From Lysobacterales bacterium (lineage in GTDB: Bacteria > Pseudomonadota > Gammaproteobacteria > Xanthomonadales > SZUA-5), in the NCBI GenBank assembly GCA_022844165.1, contig JALHMH010000027.1, positions 1 through 62,225 of the forward strand: DNA of 62,225 nt, in the 5' to 3' direction. Under the pieces are notes generated by a model. It was not told where the DNA came from and searched no databases. It worked only from the letters and a program-made list of their open reading frames with translations. A program made the translations under genes and the position numbers. Shown piece after piece: positions 40,759 to 49,891 of the stretch; the stretch's first letter is position 1, and every line of letters begins with the position of its first letter.

Positions 40759-42524
40759 GCGCGCAGACTCTCGAGTTGGCGTTGGCGACCTTTCGCGAGC
40801 CTTCGCGCTTGAGTGATTTTCGCGATCGCCCTTTGCCTGAGGTACTGGAGGTGATCAAGGCGGCAGCGGGCGAATCCGCCACGTTGCAGGCCGCTGCCCA
40901 GCAGTTCGATGTCACGCAAGATACTATGCAAGAGGCAGCTGTGTTCTTTCTTCAGCAATTGCTTTTCGCGCCGGGCACTGATTCGTATCGGGTGCTCGGT
41001 TCCGCTGCCGATGCCACTCAGGATCGCCTGCGCGAGAACTACCGATGGCTGATGAAGTGGTTGCATCCCGATCGTAATCAGGATGGTTGGGAAGTCGTCT
41101 ATGCGGATCGGGTCAACGCGGCGTGGCAGGATTTAAAGACACTGGACCGGCGCGCGGAATACGACCGTCGGGCACCGATGGCGCCGGCACCGCAAAACTT
41201 CGCCCCACGACCGGCTCCAATCAGATCCGCCAAGGCCAGTGGTCCAATCCTGTCTGGCTCTACTGTGCGTCGACTTCCGGCGCTGATCTTCGGGTCCCTG
41301 GCTACACTGGCGGTTGCAACACTGGCGCTGATGTACTGGGCGCATCGCGACAATGAGCGCGAATTGGCGCGATTGTTGGTTGCAAACGATGGGGCTGGAC
41401 AGCCCGCAGACGGTATGGAGCCGGACTCGGCGATCGCCGATGAATTGCCTCTCACAGACAACGACTATGGAAGGCGCACAAATGCACTCGCCGACCCCGC
41501 CGCTGTGGCCCACGCTGTGCCGGCCGATACCCCGGTCGAAGCAGATCCGGTTGCGATCCCGGTTCGCTCCGACGTTCAGGATGCTTCCCGGATTGCGAAT
41601 TCGGCTACCGTGTCTGAGCCGGGTTCGTCATTCCCGGCGGCGGGAACTGAACCGGGCATGGAGGCGCCAGCAATTGCACAGTCTGTGTCGAAATCGGCCC
41701 TCGCCGATTCGCCGCCGCAGGCGACTGACGTGCCAGCAGAGACTTCCCTAAACGAGCGGGTTGCCGCGTTGGAAGAGGTGAACCCATCGGTTACTGCTGA
41801 TGCCTCGTCTGCGCAGCTTGCTGTACCGGCCGCCGCCCTGGAGCCAGCGGCAACCGCAGTTGCTACGGCCGACGCGGCGTTGGTGAATCGGCGTGATTCC
41901 AAACCAGGGCAAGTCATTGCCGCGGAGCCATCGGAAGCGTCTGAACCAGTTTCGTCGCGGGTTACGCTGGAAAGCACTGGCTCGCCTGCCGCGCCAGCGC
42001 CTGAGTTGAAGCCCGAGCCTGTCGTTGTCGCGCGAATTCCGGTTGTCCGGGAACGCCTCGATCCAGCGTTGCAGCAGAGCGTTGCGCCGCCCCCGTCTGC
42101 CGCACCCACGTCTGGTCCGGTACCGCGCATTCCGGACATTGCGGCAGTTGAGTCGCCTGAAGCTGGCAAAGCTGCTCCTCCCACTGCAACGTCAGTTCGA
42201 ATGACGCTAAAGGAGTTTGCGTCAGCATATTCGGCAGGCAATCGGCAGAGATTCGATCGCTTGCTGACCGGCAGTGTTGCCAATGCTGCGCCGTTGCGTG
42301 CTATGCGTGATCGTATGGCCATGGCGGAAATGCGATTCCTTGAAATCGGCGCGGTTGATGTTGCTGTGCAGGAGGAGCAAGTCATTGCGTCCGTCAAATT
42401 TCGCGATACCTATGTGCCCAGCGGGCAGAAAAAGGCGGTTACAGAATCAGGTCAGATGCGTCTTGCGTTTGCGGTCGATGGCGAATCGACGTTGATCGTC
42501 CAGTTCAGTCGCGGCGGACTTTAG
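40755..42524 (+). CDS. J-domain membrane protein with long Pro/Ala-rich region
   Basis: SYRVLG..LMKWLHPDRN..VNAAWQDLK..RRAEYD (HPD motif), one TM. Confidence 0.8.
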   Translation: MSAQTLELALATFREPSRLSDFRDRPLPEVLEVIKAAAGESATLQAAAQQFDVTQDTMQEAAVFFLQQLLFAPGTDSYRVLGSAADATQDRLRENYRWLMKWLHPDRNQDGWEVVYADRVNAAWQDLKTLDRRAEYDRRAPMAPAPQNFAPRPAPIRSAKASGPILSGSTVRRLPALIFGSLATLAVATLALMYWAHRDNERELARLLVANDGAGQPADGMEPDSAIADELPLTDNDYGRRTNALADPAAVAHAVPADTPVEADPVAIPVRSDVQDASRIANSATVSEPGSSFPAAGTEPGMEAPAIAQSVSKSALADSPPQATDVPAETSLNERVAALEEVNPSVTADASSAQLAVPAAALEPAATAVATADAALVNRRDSKPGQVIAAEPSEASEPVSSRVTLESTGSPAAPAPELKPEPVVVARIPVVRERLDPALQQSVAPPPSAAPTSGPVPRIPDIAAVESPEAGKAAPPTATSVRMTLKEFASAYSAGNRQRFDRLLTGSVANAAPLRAMRDRMAMAEMRFLEIGAVDVAVQEEQVIASVKFRDTYVPSGQKKAVTESGQMRLAFAVDGESTLIVQFSRGGL

Positions 42525-42533
42525 CGATTCGCG

Positions 42534-43724
42534 GTGGGTACTTTGATCAACCGCTTCCGCAGTCCACTGTTGGCGGGTCTGACTGTTGTGCTTTTGTGGG
42601 TTGTTCTGGTTCGAGGCTACGCAGACTACCTGGCGCAGGTGTCGCCGACGCGGGCGGAGGCGGTTTACGCCGGGCAGCCGACCGCCTTAAGCGTGCTTGC
42701 CGAAGAACAACTTCGTGCTGGCGACGCAGCAGCCGCGCAGAGGCTGGCTGAACGGGCAATTCTGTCAAGTGCCTTCAGCGGCGAAGCGTGGCGAGTGCTC
42801 GGAGCGGTCGCAGAGCGCAACGGCGAAGATCAGGTTGCGCTTGAACGGATGCGTCATGCAGCTGCCCTTGCGCCTCGCGATAGCGCCGCACAGTTCTGGC
42901 TTGCAATTCACGCGTTGCGGGATAAACGAATCGATGAAGCGGTTGACCGCCTGGACCGGCTCATGCGCTTTCAGCCGGAAACGCACAATGACGTCTTCCC
43001 CATTATGGCAACAATCGCGACAAATCGTGCGGGCGCTAATAGTGTCGCAGCGCGTTTGGCGGACAACCCCGTCTGGCGCTCGGACTTCACGGTGCGGCTA
43101 TTTCGGGAAATGCCCAGCAGTGACGTTGCGCGCAATTTCCTGCGAGCATTGCGACGTGCGGGTGCAGAGTTAACCGTTGCTGAGGTCAATGCCTACAGCG
43201 ATCGGCTGGCGAATCAAGATCCCCTTGCGCTTCGAGATTGGCTAAAGGAATTCGATAAAGACCCAGCTTTACTGAACAATGGCGGATTCGACAGCATTGG
43301 GCCTTACAAATTTCTCGATTGGCAGGTTGAGCACGTCGCTGGTGCCGATATCCAGCTGCCAAAAATCGAGGCCGGAAAATCAGTTCTCCGGGTGGAATTC
43401 TACAATCAACGTGTTCGATTCGATGGTGTTCGTCAAAGCCTGCTGTTACGTCCCGGGCGCTACAGCCTCGCCGGGCAGGTGCGGTCAGATATTCGTGCTG
43501 CGCAAGGTTTGCGGTGGACCTTTATCTGTCCTGAGAGCCAGCAGGTAAGTCAGTCGATTGTTGGTTCCACGCCATGGCAATCATTCGAAATGAGTTTCTC
43601 TGTCGACGATAGTTGTACCCTCGGGTTGTTGCGGTTGGAGGTGCATGCCCGAATTGCGGCCGAGCGGCACTTGGATGGCTGGGTTGAGTTCGATGAATTT
43701 TCGTTGACACCCGTCGCGCAGTGA
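42534..43724 (+). CDS. TPR-containing membrane-anchored protein with C-terminal beta-sandwich
   Basis: N-terminal TM, TPR-like AWRVLG..ALAPRD, LLNNGGFD..LDW. Confidence 0.65.
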   Translation: MGTLINRFRSPLLAGLTVVLLWVVLVRGYADYLAQVSPTRAEAVYAGQPTALSVLAEEQLRAGDAAAAQRLAERAILSSAFSGEAWRVLGAVAERNGEDQVALERMRHAAALAPRDSAAQFWLAIHALRDKRIDEAVDRLDRLMRFQPETHNDVFPIMATIATNRAGANSVAARLADNPVWRSDFTVRLFREMPSSDVARNFLRALRRAGAELTVAEVNAYSDRLANQDPLALRDWLKEFDKDPALLNNGGFDSIGPYKFLDWQVEHVAGADIQLPKIEAGKSVLRVEFYNQRVRFDGVRQSLLLRPGRYSLAGQVRSDIRAAQGLRWTFICPESQQVSQSIVGSTPWQSFEMSFSVDDSCTLGLLRLEVHARIAAERHLDGWVEFDEFSLTPVAQ

Positions 43725-43908
43725 CGACTGAAGAGGTAAAACAACCGCGGGTTATCGGTTTGTATGAGCGGGTAAGGCAAGGCGGACGGTGGGCGGTCAT
43801 CTGCCTGCGCAGTCGTTTATTCAAGCTGCTCCTGAGTAGACCGTCTCTTGAGATTGATAACCTTGCTGCTGTAGTCTTGCCAGAGCTGCAATTTAGAGGG
43901 GAAATGCT

Positions 43909-44655
43909 ATGGGTTTCGTGAAGCAAAGCTTGTGCGCACTGGCGGTGTCGGCAGCGCTATCGAGTGGTGCGCTGGCGCAAGACAAAGACGACGAAATCAT
44001 CGGCACTCTTCAGGATGTTGTCGGGACCGTGTTGTTGAAAAATGGCGAGGAGTCGCTGCCAGTTGTCGAGGGCCAGCAGGTGAAGGCCAACCAGGAGGTG
44101 TTAGTGACGGAAGGCGCGAAAGCGCTACTGGTTTTCAATGACGGTTGCGATATCGCGCTCGATGCGGAAGAGCTGTATTCGATTCCAGGAAACTCACCCT
44201 GTTCCACGCTTTGGTGGTCTGGGCCAGCCGCGGCTGGTGTTGCCTGTGGGGCCGCTCATGCGGATAAGTCAGATAACTCGCGCACATTGGCCGCCGTTGG
44301 TTTGGCAGTCGGTGCGGGTTTAGTGTCCGTAGGCCACAACCGCGAGACTGACTACGCCGAACTTCACGCGGCCATTGAGAGAGGCGAGGGCGAAATTACC
44401 AGTGCTGGCGAAGTGTTGCGCCCTGGCACCCGGCTGAGTGCGGGGCAAGAAATCGAGCTGAGGGACGGCGCCAAAATGCTCGTGCGTTTCGACGATGGTT
44501 GCACGCACGAAGTCGAATCGAAAGATGGCAAAACGTACACGGTACCACACAATTCCCCATGTTTCAGGCCAGGTATGTGGTGGGCGGCAACCGCCGCGGC
44601 CGCCGGTCTTTGTGTGACGGCTGAAAACCGCAGACGCGACATACCGAGCCCGTGA
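43909..44655 (+). CDS. secreted protein with internal duplication
   Basis: Signal peptide; two copies of GAK..V.F.DGC....Y..P.NSPC...WW..AAA(A)G.C. Confidence 0.7.
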   Translation: MGFVKQSLCALAVSAALSSGALAQDKDDEIIGTLQDVVGTVLLKNGEESLPVVEGQQVKANQEVLVTEGAKALLVFNDGCDIALDAEELYSIPGNSPCSTLWWSGPAAAGVACGAAHADKSDNSRTLAAVGLAVGAGLVSVGHNRETDYAELHAAIERGEGEITSAGEVLRPGTRLSAGQEIELRDGAKMLVRFDDGCTHEVESKDGKTYTVPHNSPCFRPGMWWAATAAAAGLCVTAENRRRDIPSP

Positions 44656-46061
44656 CCTCAAGGCAAATGGAATACGCCGATGGGCCGCGCAAAGCGGCCC
44701 ATCGCATTTCCCGGCCTGTGGGTGCGTTTGGCGTATCGGCATTTTGGTTGCTGGCTTTGGCTTCTTTGTTGTTCGGAGGCGGCACCAAGAACGATCTGTT
44801 CAGCGATCTTGCGCTTCAGTTTTTCGCCATCGTTGTGCTCATCTACGCCTTGTCGCGATTGCAGTTGGCGAACCTGCAGTTGATGCAGCGCCAGGCCTTT
44901 TGGGTGGCATGCGCTGTTGCTTTCGTACCGATCGCCCAGACGATTCCTATGCCGTATTTTTTCTGGAGCGGATTGCCCGGCCGTTCGGAGATTTTTGCTG
45001 GGCAATCGATGGCCGGCGCGCACGCATTCTGGCGCCCTTTTTCACTCGAACCGTCTGCAACGCTTGCGGGATTTCGGGCTCTGCTCCCGTCGCTCGCCAT
45101 ATTGGCCCTTGGCCTGCAGCTTTCCGCCCGACAGTTGCGCCAATTGGGACTTCTCGTCGTGATGGCGGCCTTGCTGATGGTTCCAGTCGGCATCGCTCAG
45201 GTCGCTGGTGGTCCACACAGTCCTTTGCGACCGTATTCGCCAACGAATCCGCATGACGCTGTGGGTTTGTTCGCCAATCGAAATCACTATGCAGCACTCA
45301 TGGTAGTAGGGTTAGTTCTCGTAATGACGTACGCACGGGCGCCTCTGGTTCCGTTTCGTCGTTCGATCGAACTGCACTTGTGGATTGGCGCCTGTCTGGT
45401 GGCAGGCAGCATTTTGTTGCTCGGAATTGTCTTGTCCAGGTCGCGCGCCGGATTTGTGCTGGCCGGGTTGGCAATTGTTGCGGTGATGATGATGGTTTTC
45501 ATTCAACGCCGCGAGCAGAGAGCACAGTGGCGGTGGCTGCTGGGATTCTCTTCGCTTGCGTCTCTGTTGGCATTCCAATTCGGCTTCTTGGCGATTGCGG
45601 ATCGCTTGCGGACCTTCACTGGTGAGGACCTGCGTTGGAACATTGCCCCGGTTTCGCTCGATCTCGCCGCACACTACGGGCTCTTAGGCACGGGTATTGG
45701 AAGCTATCCAGCGGCGTTTGCGGCTTACGAACCCCTGGATCGGGTGACTTCGCTCTACGTCAACCATGCACATAACGATTACCTTGAATTGCTGGTTGAA
45801 GTCGGCATCTTGTACTTGTTGGTGCTGAGCAGCTTTGCGCTGTGGTTGTGGCGAACTGCAATGTCGGTCGAATGGCGGCGTTATCAGCCCAAACAGGTCT
45901 TTCGTGCAGGCGTGCTGGTGGCGCTGTTGATCCTGTTGATACACAGCTTCTTTGACTATCCGCTGCGCACAACTACGCTGTCGGTCGTCTTCGCCTGGGC
46001 GGCGGCGCTGCTGGCGGCGCCGGATGGCGTCGATGAGCCGTCTTCAAGAACGGCCGTGTAA
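44652..46061 (+). CDS. O-antigen ligase / Wzy_C family membrane protein
   Basis: GLFANRNH, SRSRAG, GTGIGSY, HAHNDYLE, HSFFDYPL. Confidence 0.87.
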   Translation: MTSRQMEYADGPRKAAHRISRPVGAFGVSAFWLLALASLLFGGGTKNDLFSDLALQFFAIVVLIYALSRLQLANLQLMQRQAFWVACAVAFVPIAQTIPMPYFFWSGLPGRSEIFAGQSMAGAHAFWRPFSLEPSATLAGFRALLPSLAILALGLQLSARQLRQLGLLVVMAALLMVPVGIAQVAGGPHSPLRPYSPTNPHDAVGLFANRNHYAALMVVGLVLVMTYARAPLVPFRRSIELHLWIGACLVAGSILLLGIVLSRSRAGFVLAGLAIVAVMMMVFIQRREQRAQWRWLLGFSSLASLLAFQFGFLAIADRLRTFTGEDLRWNIAPVSLDLAAHYGLLGTGIGSYPAAFAAYEPLDRVTSLYVNHAHNDYLELLVEVGILYLLVLSSFALWLWRTAMSVEWRRYQPKQVFRAGVLVALLILLIHSFFDYPLRTTTLSVVFAWAAALLAAPDGVDEPSSRTAV

Positions 46062-46073
46062 CATCGGCTGGTG

Positions 46074-47141
46074 CTATACCACGGCGAATTCGAGAAAAGC
46101 GTCGATAATTTGCTGCCCTGTTTGTCCCGGCGCAGGGCCGTTTGGAAACTGCTCGCGCATGCGCTTGGATTGTTCTCGAACCCGTGCTTCGTTGCCTTGT
46201 TTGGCCGTACCGAAAACGTCGTTGCCGAGCGCCGAGACGAAGCGATGCAGATCGAAGAAGTAGCGATCCTGGCCATCGGTCAGGAATTCGAACACGGGTA
46301 ATGCCGATTCTGTGGCACTGAGCGCACGGCCAGCGCGCTTTTCTCGCTCTTGCACTAACCGAACGGCGCTGCCAGCCAGCGATGCGAATGGTTCGCCGAC
46401 GTTGGCGGTATCAAGGTCAGCAGCAATCAGCATCAGCTGCGTACGTCGATACACTGTCGGATCTTCCGATTCGTCGTTGGAGACCAGCTTGGCGACCAAT
46501 TTCGGTGCCAGCGAGCCGCCAGAAGAGGCCACCTCGGCGGTGTTGAACGGATTGAGAGCAGCGGGTCTTGCGTCGAAAGTGGACCCGGCAATCATCAATC
46601 CCAGCGTCAGGTAAAAATCGCGATCCTGTTCGCGCGAGAATCCTACGCTATCCAAAATTCGAAATGCCTCGGCGATGCTGGCTCGCTCGTTTGCGCCAAT
46701 CTCGTGCCAAAAGGCCACCGATTCGCGCTGGCGCAGATCGTGGCAAGTCGCGAACAGTGCCAGCAGCAGCCAGTCGCGCGCACCAAGTGCTTTCCATCCA
46801 AGCTGCAATCGAATACGAGCTAACCGCCCATTCAACAGCTCCAGGGTGTGATGCTCGTTGTGGTACTCATGCAGATCGTCGCCCCAGGTTCCATGGCGCG
46901 ACGCCATGCGAACGAAACTGAGGGCCAAAGCGTCAAGCGTGCGCTGCAACAGGACCTCGTACTCTCCACCGAATGCGTCCAGATACGCTTGACCGATTTC
47001 GTTCATCACCGCAAAAAGATCCGGGCGACGCTCACGCAACTGGCTCACTGCGTTGCCCAGCGAGGCGCACGACTGCTCGCAGGCATCCGGTGGGAACTCT
47101 GCGTCTAGCGAGAAAAATTCTGCAGCAAAGTCGACGGCCAT
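46074..47141 (-). CDS. HD-domain-like metal-dependent phosphohydrolase (hypothetical)
   Basis: YHNEHH, CHDLRQ, NERAS, AADLD. Confidence 0.6.
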   Translation of the reverse strand: MAVDFAAEFFSLDAEFPPDACEQSCASLGNAVSQLRERRPDLFAVMNEIGQAYLDAFGGEYEVLLQRTLDALALSFVRMASRHGTWGDDLHEYHNEHHTLELLNGRLARIRLQLGWKALGARDWLLLALFATCHDLRQRESVAFWHEIGANERASIAEAFRILDSVGFSREQDRDFYLTLGLMIAGSTFDARPAALNPFNTAEVASSGGSLAPKLVAKLVSNDESEDPTVYRRTQLMLIAADLDTANVGEPFASLAGSAVRLVQEREKRAGRALSATESALPVFEFLTDGQDRYFFDLHRFVSALGNDVFGTAKQGNEARVREQSKRMREQFPNGPAPGQTGQQIIDAFLEFAVV

Positions 47142-47237
47142 GGAGATCTTCGAGCAAGTACGCGATCGTTCAACGAGATAATGAAGTGCTGGGGGCTGCT
47201 TGTCGATTATAGGGTGGTCGGTGATCGGGCGCTGAAT

Positions 47238-47356
47238 GCAAAAATGAAAGTTGTGCAGTCAGGATCGTCGCGGTAGAACCCGCTTTTCCTAACCCTGCCC
47301 AACCCGTCCGGTCCGGCGGCAAGCCTCTGGGCGTTCGCAGTCGCGGTCTGCCGGTC
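47238..47356 (-). repeat. dispersed ~120-bp element upstream of the HD gene (copy B)
   Basis: Reverse complement aligns with 16443-16563. Confidence 0.7.
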
Positions 47357-47423
47357 AATCGCGCCTGATTCACCGCCGAACATGGGGTGGGAGCAACTTC
47401 CGAATTCGACATGGGATGTTGCT

Positions 47424-48107
47424 TCAAAGCAGCCCGCTTTCGGCAAAAGAGTATGGGTCGCCGCCACCGACGATGACGTGATCGAGCAAGCGGATATCAA
47501 CGAGCGCCAGTGCTGCACGGAGGCGTCTTGTCAGTTCCACATCGGACTCACTGGGCTCTGCGATACCTGATGGATGGTTGTGCGCTACGATCATGGCCGA
47601 AGCTTTGACCGCAAGCGCTCGCTTGACGACTTCTCCAACGTATACCGATGCTTGCGCAGCACCGCCGCGAAATAGATCTTCTTGGGCGAGGATTTGATGG
47701 CGCGCGTCGAGGTAGATGGCAGTGAAGACTTCGTGATCCAGTCCAGACAAGTGAGCGCGGAGCGCTTGTTGCGCGTCGCCCGGTGTTCGCAAGGGGCGGC
47801 CCCGCCGCATGGCCGATGTCTCTAAGCGACGGCCTAGTTCAAGGGCCGCTTGAACAGTGGCCCACTTTGCAGGGCCAATGCCGATATCTGTTGGCAAGAG
47901 ATGCAGTGGGCGAGTCAATGCTTCGCGGAGGTCTCCCGACGATAGCCAGCGGCGGGCGCATTCGACGGCACTCCGGCCTCTGGTTCCAGTGCCGACCAGC
48001 AGCGCCAACAGCTCCGCGTCGGTCAGTCGCGCGGCGCCAAGCGCCAGAAGCCGTTCGCGGGGTCGTTCGTCTTGCGGCCAATCGTGAATCGGGCAATGAG
48101 TAGACAT
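47424..48107 (-). CDS. radC: RadC/JAB domain protein
   Basis: ERPRERL, LTDAELLA, AHNHPSG..PSESD, LLDHVIV. Confidence 0.93.
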   Translation of the reverse strand: MSTHCPIHDWPQDERPRERLLALGAARLTDAELLALLVGTGTRGRSAVECARRWLSSGDLREALTRPLHLLPTDIGIGPAKWATVQAALELGRRLETSAMRRGRPLRTPGDAQQALRAHLSGLDHEVFTAIYLDARHQILAQEDLFRGGAAQASVYVGEVVKRALAVKASAMIVAHNHPSGIAEPSESDVELTRRLRAALALVDIRLLDHVIVGGGDPYSFAESGLL

Positions 48108-48230
48108 TTGCGACGCACCTTTGTTTGAGTCATTGCGAAAGCCTAGTCGCTGTGAGCCAGATCTCTGAGAGAAACACACGCTTTTTACGGTAGTCTTTAC
48201 ACGCATTCGGTTGTCGGAAAATTCTGACAA

Positions 48231-49403
48231 ATGCGCTTATTACTCGGTATTGGCGGGGGCATCGCTGCATACAAGGCCGTGGAGCTCGCGCGGCGCGCAA
48301 CGCAACGCGGTTTCGAGGTGCGCTGTGTGCTAACGGATGCGGCGCGCCAGTTTGTCTCGGCGACGAGTTTGCAAGCTGTTTGCCGCTACCCAGTACGAGA
48401 TTCGCTTTGGGATCAGGCAGCTGAAGCCGCAATGGGACATATCGAGCTGGCGCGGTGGGCTGAACACGTGCTGATTGCACCGGCGACGGCTAACCTTGTT
48501 GCACGCCTCGCACACGGGTTCGCTAACGACTTGCTTACCACACTGGTACTGGCGAGCCCGGCGCCATTGACGTTGGCGCCGGCAATGAACCAGGCGATGT
48601 GGCGCCATCCGGCGACGCAGCAGAACCTTGCGGTGCTGCGTAGTCGCAATGTACGCATCATTGGCCCTGATGTTGGCGATCAAGCCTGCGGCGATGTAGG
48701 TCCTGGACGAATGGTCGATGTAGACGATCTGATTGCCTCTCTGTCACCGAACGGGCCGCTGACCGGACAGCGTTGGGTTGTCAGTGCCGGGCCGACTTTC
48801 GAGGACATCGATCCTGTGCGCTTTGTGGGCAACCGGAGCAGTGGAAAAATGGGCTTTGCGATCGCTTCTGCTGCTGCTGCGATGGGGGCTGGCGTTACTC
48901 TGGTGTGCGGGCCGGTTACGTTGCAGACGCCAAATGGCATTTCACGTATCGATGTGCGCAGCGCGACGCAAATGCTCGATGCGGTGCTCTCAGCTTGCAA
49001 GGGTGCGCACGTCTACGTTGGTGCAGCAGCGGTTGCCGACTATCGACCGTCGAGTGTCGCGGACCAGAAGCTCAAGAAATCCGCCGATGTATTGGAATTG
49101 CGGCTAATCAAGAACCCTGACATTCTCGCGACCGTCGCCGCTTTGCCTGATCGCCCTTTCGTCGTCGGTTTTGCCGCTGAAACTCGAGAGCTTTTGGAAT
49201 ACGCCCGGAGAAAACGTGAAGCAAAAGGCGCCGATGTGATCCTGGCTAACGACGTCAGCGAGCCTGTGTTCGACCACGACGAAAGTGCCCTGGTGGCGAT
49301 CGCAGCGCAAGAGGAACAACTTTTCCCGCGCCAATCCAAGATCGACTTGGCACGATCCGTCATTCAATGGCTCATGCCGAGAATTGCGGGGTCAAGTGCT
49401 TAG
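48231..49403 (+). CDS. coaBC: phosphopantothenoylcysteine decarboxylase/ligase
   Basis: [40 protein letters not shown]. Confidence 0.95.
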   Translation: MRLLLGIGGGIAAYKAVELARRATQRGFEVRCVLTDAARQFVSATSLQAVCRYPVRDSLWDQAAEAAMGHIELARWAEHVLIAPATANLVARLAHGFANDLLTTLVLASPAPLTLAPAMNQAMWRHPATQQNLAVLRSRNVRIIGPDVGDQACGDVGPGRMVDVDDLIASLSPNGPLTGQRWVVSAGPTFEDIDPVRFVGNRSSGKMGFAIASAAAAMGAGVTLVCGPVTLQTPNGISRIDVRSATQMLDAVLSACKGAHVYVGAAAVADYRPSSVADQKLKKSADVLELRLIKNPDILATVAALPDRPFVVGFAAETRELLEYARRKREAKGADVILANDVSEPVFDHDESALVAIAAQEEQLFPRQSKIDLARSVIQWLMPRIAGSSA

Positions 49404-49854
49404 TCGACTGAAATTGCGGGTTCTGGATCCGCGGATTGGCACCGAATGGCCGCTGCCGAACTATGCCACCGGCCAGTCGGCCGGGATGGACCTGCGTGCC
49501 TGCCTCATGGAACCGCTCTTGTTGGCGGCGGGCGAAAGCCAAATGGTATCGAGCGGGATCGCAATCCACATCGGCGATCCGACCGTTGCTGCGATCGTTT
49601 TGCCCAGATCGGGACTCGGTAGCAAGCACGGCATTGTGCTCGGCAATCTGGTGGGTCTGATCGACGCGGACTACCAGGGGCCACTAATGTTATGTTGTTG
49701 GAATCGCTCCTCTGTTGTGTATAGGATCGAGCCTGGCGAGCGAATCGCGCAGCTCGTGTTGATGCCAATCTGGCGCCCGTCTCTCGAAATTGTTGACAGT
49801 TTCGACCAAAGCGAGCGCGGGGCGGGTGGATTCGGCCATACTGGCAAACAATAA
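49396..49854 (+). CDS. dut: dUTP diphosphatase
   Basis: [37 protein letters not shown]. Confidence 0.95.
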   Translation: MLSRLKLRVLDPRIGTEWPLPNYATGQSAGMDLRACLMEPLLLAAGESQMVSSGIAIHIGDPTVAAIVLPRSGLGSKHGIVLGNLVGLIDADYQGPLMLCCWNRSSVVYRIEPGERIAQLVLMPIWRPSLEIVDSFDQSERGAGGFGHTGKQ

Positions 49855-49891
49855 AGCGCGGCAATTGCGCAAAGGGTAGCGGGGCAGACGC

